Assembly: GCA_016187495.1 (NCBI GenBank)
Contig: JACPJP010000012.1
Location: 81,150 to 145,149, forward strand
Direction of reading: 5' to 3'
Source of the DNA: Candidatus Woesearchaeota archaeon
GTDB lineage: Archaea > Nanobdellota > Nanobdellia > Woesearchaeales > GW2011-AR4
Length of the DNA: 64,000 nt
Shown here: piece after piece, positions 44,692-52,238 of the stretch
Layout of the letters: the number at the start of each line of letters is the position of its first letter
How positions within the stretch are numbered: the stretch's first letter is position 1
Position numbers and translations under genes: made by a program
The notes under the pieces: generated by a model
Database searches by the model: none
Seen by the model: only the letters and a program-made list of their open reading frames with translations
What the model was told of the DNA's origin: nothing

Positions 44692-47600
44692 CTAGGCTGT
44701 ATCATTGCCTTCCCAATCCACTTTCCAGACTATAATCCTGCCTCCAAACAGGGTTGTTTCGTCACTAAATTTTTTAAAGTGCCTTAAGCCTACGCCTTCT
44801 TGGTAAAAAAGCCTTGTGAATATTGATGATGTAAGGTCAGAATCCATTACAACAGCATTATAGCTTTCGCCGTCTTTTACTAATGCAACTCCAAGGCTCC
44901 TGCCATTCTGCAAAGTTATGATAGATTCATTATATTCCTTTAAAGTTATGCCTTGGTCTGTAGGGAATGATGCTAATTTTGGGTGCACTCTTCCCGTTGT
45001 GCTTTCCGCATAAATCTCATTAGTGCTTAAGTTAGCTATTAATGGAATGCCTGATATGGCGCAGCTTAATGTCAGGTTGCCTATTTTTTCGCATCCTGCA
45101 GATCCTGCATAGCCGGGCCAAGGCGCAATCCAGCTGTTTGCCTGGTCACTTGTTATTATTGATTGTACTTCATAAAACAGCTTTTCTGCATCATTTTTGC
45201 TATAGTTAAACCTTTCCTGCAGGAATTTAATGCTTTTATCCAGATCGTTGCTGTATTCCTTCTTCTTTAATATGTTATATACCAATGCTTTGTCAAAACT
45301 CCAACTGCCGAAATGCGCCCATACACCGCTTTTTCCCACCATATCCTCAGAGGTTATGAAATAGTTTTCAGGAGGCTCACAATGGGTTTTGTTTAGTATT
45401 TCTTCAGCCCATTTTTCATTGAATTTTTCAACTAGGATTTTTTTTGCATATTCTCTCTCTAGAGGCATGATCTCATATAGTACATCAATGGCTTCTGTCC
45501 CGTCTTTGGTATATTTTGAAATTGTAATAAAGCCTTCCCTGCTGCCGCAATCAAGCATTCTTAATATTCCTATTGCGAGCTTTTCATCGCCTGTTAGAAG
45601 GACCTTCCCTATCCAATGAGCGGGGGGTGTATTCTGGCTTGTGCCGTCAAAGGTAACTGGACGGTCTGCCCAGTATTTAAACCAATGCCCAAAGTCCCAC
45701 CAGGAATTTATTATAGCGTTAGGCTTTGAATCTTCCTTTATCCTTTCCAAGGAAATTGCCCATGCATCATTAAAGTCTGGTGCAAAATTTGTTGCAGTAT
45801 CATAGGATGATATATAAGGCGGAATTAGCAGCAAACCAAGAACAATCATTGCTATAGTCTTTGATGTCAGCTTATTGATTTGTAGCGCTTTCGCAGCCCA
45901 ATCACTTGAGTACTTATAGGCATGGTAGAGAGCGATGCCAAATCCTATCGCGAATGGAGGCACAGCGAGCAGAGTAAATCTTATGCCCTTTGTGCTAGCA
46001 TATATCGTGGATATAAACCATAATATAAGCAAAATTGCATACTTTATCTCAATTTCAGTATCCGATTCCCAAATCGCTATAAACCCCCTAATGGCAATCG
46101 GAATGCTTATCAGTATCAAAAATGTATTCAGGTTCTGCACATTAAGCATAACTATCACTAAGTACCATGCGAGTATTCCAGCGAAAAAAAATAAATTCTT
46201 GCGGCCTTTTGTCTTTAATGTTAGGTTGATTCCAATCAATGCAATTAGAAAAAAGAATATTTTCCCTAGGCCAACTTGATTAACTACATGGCTGAGGGAG
46301 GCAGGATTTTGCTCTGCAACAGTTGTAAAGACATTAGGCCATATTGTTGTAATGCCGACTTCTTTCAGCTTTGCAAAACCCGTTGGATTTGTATAAAATT
46401 TTTTGAAGTGCTCATAGCTTACAAAGAAGCTTACGCTTAATGCAGACACTATGAAAAATACCCCAAGAAAGGTTATTGAATTTCTTATAGCCTCTTGTTT
46501 TGTGAAGCTAGTAAAACTTCGCATTAATTCCTGTCTATGCACGAATGAGTAATACATCATATACAGAACCGTAGAAACCAAGATAAAATCAAAAATATAC
46601 CACCAGCCACCCCATGTGAAGCTGTATATGCCAATTAACAAACCAGCGAGAATGCTTAATATAGCTACATTCCTTACGTTTTTAGCTTCCAGTGCCTCAA
46701 TGAAAATCCACGCTATGGAAAGAGGGAATAAAATATTAAAACCATCTGTATCAAAAATGCCACCCATGGTTCTGCTCAAGAATGATGGGTGTATTGCAAG
46801 AATTGTGGCTGCTATAAAACCGCCAAAGTTTCCAGCAATTTTTTTTGTAATGAAAAATATAGGTATTATCGTCAAGGCTGAAATAAGGACAGGAACATAA
46901 AAAGCGACTGTAGCTAAGCTAAGATTCGGGTTAAAAAAACTTAGGAACTTAAATAAATATGCAGTAAAGTAAGCAAGAAATATATCGAATGGCATACCCC
47001 TGCCCGTAGGAGCAAGCATATGGTTATCATACGGCTTACCATTTTTTATTTCATCACCTGGATGACCATTTTTAATGATATTCTTTGTAAATCTCAGCCA
47101 GTAATATGGGTCTATTGTAGGCAAATATGATTGTCCAAATTCATCCTGCAATCTTGATTTAATGGCTTGCGAACCAGCATAAATCTGTTGGTCAATTACC
47201 AATTTCTGCTCACCCAATACCTTTTGAAGCTCATTATTGATTAATGCATCCTTGTTTTGCTGCGGAAGATTTGGATACTGCTGGCTTATTTGAGATGATA
47301 TTTGTGATCTTATGCTGTTAATAACGGAGTTCGCAGCCCACTGGTCTGTCATAGGAAGGTATGCAGTCTGCATCCTAAGGAATATTGAAAGGAAGATTGG
47401 TATCAACAATAGAAATAATGCCCTGTAGCGAATTACAAAATCTGAAATTTTTTTGAAATCGACAGATACGTCCTCTTCAGACTCATGTTCAGTCTTTGAC
47501 TGCCTGCCCTTAAATATACCTTTAATGTTTTTAATTTTTGAAAAGTCAATAGAAATCTCATCTTCCTCCTTTCCTCCTTTTTCTGAAGCAGCACCTGATT

Positions 47601-47835
47601 TTTCTGCTGCAGATTTTTCTTTTTTCTTGAATATGTTCTTTATTTTGCTAAGGTCGATAGCAATTTCGTCATCATCTTTTTTTATTTCTGTAGCATCATT
47701 ACTAACAGCAACTTGGCTATCTTTTGCTTCTTCCTTTGACTCAGGCTTTGCATCTTCTCTTTTCCTTTTGAAGAAGCCTTTTATCTTGCTGAAGTCAATA
47801 GAAATCTCATCTTCTTTTTCGTACATAAAAACCAC
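44692..47835 (-). CDS. aglB: Archaeal oligosaccharyltransferase AglB (STT3 family), copy 1
   Basis: 1047 aa. 13-TM-type N-terminal region with TIDPYYWLRF in loop 1. WWDFGHWFKYWADRPVTFDG (WWDYG motif). Large C-terminal soluble domain. Confidence 0.9.
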   Translation of the reverse strand: MVFMYEKEDEISIDFSKIKGFFKRKREDAKPESKEEAKDSQVAVSNDATEIKKDDDEIAIDLSKIKNIFKKKEKSAAEKSGAASEKGGKEEDEISIDFSKIKNIKGIFKGRQSKTEHESEEDVSVDFKKISDFVIRYRALFLLLIPIFLSIFLRMQTAYLPMTDQWAANSVINSIRSQISSQISQQYPNLPQQNKDALINNELQKVLGEQKLVIDQQIYAGSQAIKSRLQDEFGQSYLPTIDPYYWLRFTKNIIKNGHPGDEIKNGKPYDNHMLAPTGRGMPFDIFLAYFTAYLFKFLSFFNPNLSLATVAFYVPVLISALTIIPIFFITKKIAGNFGGFIAATILAIHPSFLSRTMGGIFDTDGFNILFPLSIAWIFIEALEAKNVRNVAILSILAGLLIGIYSFTWGGWWYIFDFILVSTVLYMMYYSFVHRQELMRSFTSFTKQEAIRNSITFLGVFFIVSALSVSFFVSYEHFKKFYTNPTGFAKLKEVGITTIWPNVFTTVAEQNPASLSHVVNQVGLGKIFFFLIALIGINLTLKTKGRKNLFFFAGILAWYLVIVMLNVQNLNTFLILISIPIAIRGFIAIWESDTEIEIKYAILLILWFISTIYASTKGIRFTLLAVPPFAIGFGIALYHAYKYSSDWAAKALQINKLTSKTIAMIVLGLLLIPPYISSYDTATNFAPDFNDAWAISLERIKEDSKPNAIINSWWDFGHWFKYWADRPVTFDGTSQNTPPAHWIGKVLLTGDEKLAIGILRMLDCGSREGFITISKYTKDGTEAIDVLYEIMPLEREYAKKILVEKFNEKWAEEILNKTHCEPPENYFITSEDMVGKSGVWAHFGSWSFDKALVYNILKKKEYSNDLDKSIKFLQERFNYSKNDAEKLFYEVQSIITSDQANSWIAPWPGYAGSAGCEKIGNLTLSCAISGIPLIANLSTNEIYAESTTGRVHPKLASFPTDQGITLKEYNESIITLQNGRSLGVALVKDGESYNAVVMDSDLTSSIFTRLFYQEGVGLRHFKKFSDETTLFGGRIIVWKVDWEGNDTA
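47425..47814 (-). repeat. Four copies of an ~18-aa motif ((E/D)DEI(S/A)ID(F/L)SKIKxxFK) in the cytoplasmic N-terminal tail of AglB copy 1
   Basis: aa 8-25, 55-72, 91-111 and 120-137. Copies 1 and 3 share the identical 20-nt string GATGAGATTTCTATTGACTT. Confidence 0.75.
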
Positions 47836-47889
47836 GCTTTAATCAAGAAGGAGGACATTACATTTTTTTAAAAACCTTTTGTTTTGGTT

Positions 47890-48054
47890 TAGGTTGGTGA
47901 GAAATTGAAGGTTGTCATCAATATGCGAGCATCCGAATGTGAAACATCAAGCGGACAGGGGGACTTGCCCCCTACGGGGATGTCCACTTTCAAAAATAAA
48001 AGTAAATGCGAGCGATGGCAACCCGAGTGAAAACGATAATTTTTCACCAACCTA
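47890..48054 (+). ncRNA. Candidate structured RNA of unknown class (alternative: MITE-like inverted-repeat element)
   Basis: Closing helix of 17 bp (47890-47906 / 48038-48054) and a second 10-bp helix (47910-47919 / 48014-48023). Each contains one G-U that would be an A-C mismatch on the minus strand. GC-rich core GGACAGGGGGACTTGCCCCCTACGGGGATGTCC. A-T-rich TATA-like run at 47864-47875 and a TTTT run at 48056-48059. Confidence 0.35.
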
Positions 48055-48061
48055 GTTTTCG

Positions 48062-49150
48062 TCAAAGAACAAACTTAGAAAACAACAAAAACCTAGGCTC
48101 CCTTAGTAATAGATTCAAGACTAATGGAATTGGAGTGTCCCGGTCGTATTTTTTCAGAATATTTTTTACTTTCTCCTGATTCATTAATTTGAGCAATCTG
48201 TCATAATCCTTGTCAGAAAATTTATCCAATATGTTCCTGATTTTTAGGTGTAATAACAATTCCCTTCCAGACTGTTTTTTGAATTCTTTATTGTAGTCCT
48301 TATTGTTAATAATGCAGTCGCATAATGTAGTTGCGGCTTTTAATGAGGGTATTATTCCCCCACCAGTTGTAGCTTTTACCTGCGTTGCAGCATCCCCAAT
48401 CAAAAATACATTGTCTTTTTGTATTATTTTTTTTGGATCGTAAAGAGGAATAATCCCGGATTCCCAGCATAAGATTTCCTTGCTGCCAGTTTTTGATTCC
48501 AGGAATTTGTAGAAATGCTCTTTTGCATTATTAAATGCCCCTAATCCCAATCTAGCAACGTCCTCTGATTCAGGGACAACCCAGCCGAAGAAATCCGGAA
48601 AGCTTTCTCCAAAATGGGTTTCAAACGCATCCAAATCAGATTTAAGCTTTACTTTTGCCTGCATCCCAATATAAAACTTGGAGTTTAAATTCAAATTAGC
48701 GGCTTTTGCGACAGCAGAAGAAGGGCCATCAGCTCCAACAACTATTTCGGAATCAATATTCTTAGTTTCATTATTATTCTTATTTTTTGTTTTAATTGAA
48801 TTTGTATTATTGAAGCCAATGAATTGATGATTTGTCAGAATTTTAGCTCCTGCATCAGCAGCCATGTTAGCAATAAACTCATCAAACTTATTTCTCCACA
48901 TCACTATTTCACCAGTTTCTGCAACAATTCTTTTGTTTTTGCTCACAACAACAACTTTATTGCATCTGTTTGCTATTATATTACTCGGCAGCTTTACAAA
49001 TTTTTCAATAGAGCCTGTAACAATTCCTGTGCATTGCACTGGGCTGCCTATCTTATCGTGCTCTTCTATTAAAGTGATGTCTTTTCCCTGCTTTGCAAGA
49101 AGATACGCAAGGTAGCTGCCCGCAGGGCCTGCGCCTACAATTGTTATCAT
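48062..49150 (-). CDS. Geranylgeranyl reductase-family FAD-dependent oxidoreductase
   Basis: 362 aa. MITIVGAGPAGSYLAYLLA (dinucleotide fold), ..VQCTGIV.., LIGDAA motif. Confidence 0.8.
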   Translation of the reverse strand: MITIVGAGPAGSYLAYLLAKQGKDITLIEEHDKIGSPVQCTGIVTGSIEKFVKLPSNIIANRCNKVVVVSKNKRIVAETGEIVMWRNKFDEFIANMAADAGAKILTNHQFIGFNNTNSIKTKNKNNNETKNIDSEIVVGADGPSSAVAKAANLNLNSKFYIGMQAKVKLKSDLDAFETHFGESFPDFFGWVVPESEDVARLGLGAFNNAKEHFYKFLESKTGSKEILCWESGIIPLYDPKKIIQKDNVFLIGDAATQVKATTGGGIIPSLKAATTLCDCIINNKDYNKEFKKQSGRELLLHLKIRNILDKFSDKDYDRLLKLMNQEKVKNILKKYDRDTPIPLVLNLLLREPRFLLFSKFVL

Positions 49151-49225
49151 GTATTAGGAAAATTGATTTTTGTTTATTAATCCTTCCCTAATTCATAATA
49201 TTTTAAAAGGGTTGAATGGTTCTAT

Positions 49226-49819
49226 TTGGTATTTAAGAAGTTTGTTATAAAAGCTACACAAGATGATATTAACTGTTGTGATATTTTATCCAGTTGGAGC
49301 AAAATGCTAAAAATTAACAACCCAAAGCTTTATGAATCTGACAAGGTAATATCCTATGAGGAAGCAATAGCCCTGATTGCAGGATTTAAGTCAAAAAACA
49401 AGAAGGTGGGCTTATGCCACGGCGGTTTTGATCTGCTGCATCCGGGCCATGTTAAGCATCTTGAATCGGCAAAGAAATTATGCGATGTTTTGTTTGTTTC
49501 TATTACTTCGGACAGATTTGTGAGCGTAAGAAAGGGTGCTAACAGGCCTGTTTATGCCGATAAAATAAGGGCGTATATGGTAGTAAATTTAAAGCCTGTG
49601 GACTATGTTGTTATCAGCGATTTTGAAACTGCCATTGAAATCCTAAAGAGGCTAAGACCAGATTACTACATTAAAGGGTCTGACTATGTTAACAGCAAAA
49701 TAGAGGCAATAACTGCTGAAAGGGAGGCTATTGCCTCTGCTGGAGGGGAGATAAAATATACTAAAGACCCAAAACTGGCAACTACCGGAATCATAGATTA
49801 CCTAAAAAGTAAGGTATAG
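49226..49819 (+). CDS. Second cytidylyltransferase-fold NTase (RfaE domain II / HldC-like)
   Basis: 197 aa (TTG in the track; ATG at 49304 is possible). GLCHGGFDLLHPGHVKHLESAKKLCDVLFVSITSD..RP..IKGSDY. Confidence 0.7.
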   Translation: MVFKKFVIKATQDDINCCDILSSWSKMLKINNPKLYESDKVISYEEAIALIAGFKSKNKKVGLCHGGFDLLHPGHVKHLESAKKLCDVLFVSITSDRFVSVRKGANRPVYADKIRAYMVVNLKPVDYVVISDFETAIEILKRLRPDYYIKGSDYVNSKIEAITAEREAIASAGGEIKYTKDPKLATTGIIDYLKSKV

Positions 49820-49826
49820 AGGAACA

Positions 49827-50924
49827 ATGGAAGTGAGTAGAAAGGAACGGATTTTGGTAGTAGCAGAAAAAAAAAGAGAAGTGTATGGCGGTTTAATAAA
49901 AGCGTTGAGTAAAGAATATAGCGTTAAAGAATGGTATGCAGTATCAGACCCAGATAATCCCCCTTCCATCCTGGCTAGGTGGCTTTCAGTAATTAAAGCC
50001 TGGGGAGCGGTGTTTAAAAAATTTAAGCCTGCTAAGGTGGTGATATGCGGTGGATCATTAATATCTCTATGGATAGTTGTCTTTTTAATAAGGTCGTTCA
50101 GATTAAAAGTGGAGATAATCCTGTTCAGGTACGATATCGAGTATTTTTATGTCTGGCCATCTAAAAAAGGATTTAATGAAAATCTCAACCATTTTATTGC
50201 ATTGATGATGGAAAAATTCTGCATGTTGAGGGCAGACAAGATACTGCATAAGGGTTTGAAAAATGAACTGGAGTTCCTGCCTTTTTACAGAAAAATAAAA
50301 GACAAGCCGCATTATTTGTTTAGGGAATTCCTTGATAAAAAGCTGATTCAAAAATCCAGGCAGAATGCCAAGCTGTCCAGGAAAGATGCTCAGCCGCATC
50401 TTGTGTACATTGGCGGGTTATACTTTAATAATTTCCCAACTATTGAATCATTCTGGACATTTTATCCAAAGATAACGTCCCAAAAGATTCATCTGCACAT
50501 ATATTCTAAACAGCCAGAAGGCATAGTTAGAAAACTTAGGGAGACAGAAAAAAGGGACAAGTATTTTCATTACGAGGGCTATAGGAAGCATGAAGATCTT
50601 GTCAAAGAACTGACAAAATATGATTACGGGGTACACATTTTTGGCACTGGAATGCCAAAGAAAGCAGAATTAGTCTACAAAACAGCATTTTCAAATAAAA
50701 ACTACGATTATTTATCTGCTGGATTGCCAATCATAGCATCTAATAATCTGGGAGCTACCAATGAATTTGTTATAAATAATAAGATTGGGTTTTGCATTGA
50801 ATACAAAGATATGTCAAAACTTAAGGATAAAATAGCTAGCGATATGGTTTACTATTCTAAAAACATAAAAAGGTTTATTAAGAAATATGATGCCTCCAAT
50901 TTGCTTAAATTTATAGGGAGCTAA
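49827..50924 (+). CDS. Putative GT-B glycosyltransferase (weak GT4-like C-terminal half)
   Basis: 365 aa. ..FSNKNYDYLSAGLPIIASNNLGATNEFVINNKIGFCIE.. The N-terminal half is unassignable. Confidence 0.45.
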   Translation: MEVSRKERILVVAEKKREVYGGLIKALSKEYSVKEWYAVSDPDNPPSILARWLSVIKAWGAVFKKFKPAKVVICGGSLISLWIVVFLIRSFRLKVEIILFRYDIEYFYVWPSKKGFNENLNHFIALMMEKFCMLRADKILHKGLKNELEFLPFYRKIKDKPHYLFREFLDKKLIQKSRQNAKLSRKDAQPHLVYIGGLYFNNFPTIESFWTFYPKITSQKIHLHIYSKQPEGIVRKLRETEKRDKYFHYEGYRKHEDLVKELTKYDYGVHIFGTGMPKKAELVYKTAFSNKNYDYLSAGLPIIASNNLGATNEFVINNKIGFCIEYKDMSKLKDKIASDMVYYSKNIKRFIKKYDASNLLKFIGS

Positions 50925-50940
50925 TAAATTCTGTGCCATA

Positions 50941-52095
50941 TTATTCAACTTTTACCTCCGCTATTTTTTCCTTCGTGTCAAGATCAATAAAAATATAGGC
51001 ACCCTTTGTTAAGTGAAAAATGCTGCTTTTTTTCCTCCCCCCAGGAGGAACTGAGAGCATTGACTTCTGCTTGAAAAATGCAGGTGGGTTTTCCCGATAG
51101 AATCCTGCGTTAATGCACCTTTGAGTGCTATTTTTTAGTTCGAATCGATATTTCTGCCAAGGAGCTAATTTAATAGCTCTTTTGTTTGCATTAGCAAACC
51201 TAGAAGCACCTTGTCGCTTCTGCTGTTGAGGGTATACTAATCTGATTGGTTTTATATCCTCCCTTTGCATTAGCAGACCTGAAAGAATTTTATGCCTTCT
51301 GTTATCTTGGCTTATGAAATCGTCTGCTTTTCTGATGTCTGGCAGCTCCGCTTCATTCTGCTCGTGGCTCTCCTTCCGAAGTTTGCTTAAAGCAAACCTA
51401 GAAGCCTTAGCTTGTGATGTGTTCTCTATCTCTAGGAAGTAGTAAGAGTTCACGGCTTTCTCATCTTGGACTTTATACATAAAGGACCTTTTCAATGATA
51501 AGCGGCCTAATTCAATAAACTTGATAAAGTCTTTCTCCTCACTCCCAAGATAATTCTCTTGCATGAGGATTTTCCCATGCGGTTTGAGGAATTTCTGGAC
51601 TTTAAGGTAGAAATCCTTATGGATTTTCCAATCATGATCCTCGATTAACCAAAATTCCGGGGTTTTTTTCGCACTGCTTGCACCAGCAAGCCTAGAACCG
51701 CTTCGTGGCTTTCGCTGCTTAGCATTGAAATGAGGCGGATTTGCTACAACTAAATCCCATCTCTCAGTTTTAGGAATGTCGTTTAACCCATTTGATAAGT
51801 AAATACTGACCCTATCAGCCAGCCTATTCCTTCTTATTGTCTCTTTAAGTGCTTTTACTGCTGAGGGGTTTGCATCGGCGACGCATAATGAGTTGCATAA
51901 ACCCTCGGCTAATAGAGAAAAGCCGATGAAACCTGGTCCGGCGCAAAATTCGAAGATGCGGTCAACTTTCCCGTATACCTTCCTTACTATAGGAATAAAC
52001 TGTTGGCCATGAGTCATTCCGCCGCCATTTAATTCTGGCAACCACGCAACTTCAATATCCTTATATTTTTTAATTAGGTAGTCCATCCTTTTCAA
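50941..52095 (-). CDS. NPPH-motif (MTS/PrmC-RsmC-like) SAM methyltransferase with a long unassigned C-terminal extension carrying three in-frame hairpin repeats
   Basis: 384 aa. FEFCAGPGFIGFSL (motif I), LVVANPPHF (motif IV). Repeated peptides ..GSRLAGA.., ..ASRFALS.., ..ASRFANA.. Confidence 0.7.
   Translation of the reverse strand: MKRMDYLIKKYKDIEVAWLPELNGGGMTHGQQFIPIVRKVYGKVDRIFEFCAGPGFIGFSLLAEGLCNSLCVADANPSAVKALKETIRRNRLADRVSIYLSNGLNDIPKTERWDLVVANPPHFNAKQRKPRSGSRLAGASSAKKTPEFWLIEDHDWKIHKDFYLKVQKFLKPHGKILMQENYLGSEEKDFIKFIELGRLSLKRSFMYKVQDEKAVNSYYFLEIENTSQAKASRFALSKLRKESHEQNEAELPDIRKADDFISQDNRRHKILSGLLMQREDIKPIRLVYPQQQKRQGASRFANANKRAIKLAPWQKYRFELKNSTQRCINAGFYRENPPAFFKQKSMLSVPPGGRKKSSIFHLTKGAYIFIDLDTKEKIAEVKVE
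51184..51207. repeat. Hairpin-plus-CTAGAA repeat, copy 1 (inside the MTase CDS)
   Basis: GTTTGC-ATTA-GCAAAC followed by CTAGAAGC. Confidence 0.7.
51381..51405. repeat. Hairpin-plus-CTAGAA repeat, copy 2 (inside the MTase CDS)
   Basis: GTTTGCT-TAA-AGCAAAC followed by CTAGAAGC. Confidence 0.7.
51676..51699. repeat. Hairpin-plus-CTAGAA repeat, copy 3 (inside the MTase CDS)
   Basis: GCTTGC-ACCA-GCAAGC followed by CTAGAACC. Confidence 0.65.
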
Positions 52096-52238
52096 TCAAA
52101 ATCTTGTAATATTTAAATGTTCTATTCTTGCGTATCCGCTAAGAGGCACACTGCTGGACGGGCAACCAAAACATTTTTAAAAGAAATATCATTGCAAAAT
52201 AGCTAAAACTCGCATGTGAAATTATTTGAGGTATTGGT

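Noticed and set aside
47890-48054. A C/D-box or H/ACA sRNA assignment for the structured element (TGATGA occurs on the minus strand at 47914-47919).
   Set aside because: There is no matching D box (CTGA) near the other end, no ACA at a 3' single-stranded tail, and the helix mismatches favour the + strand. The class is left unknown.
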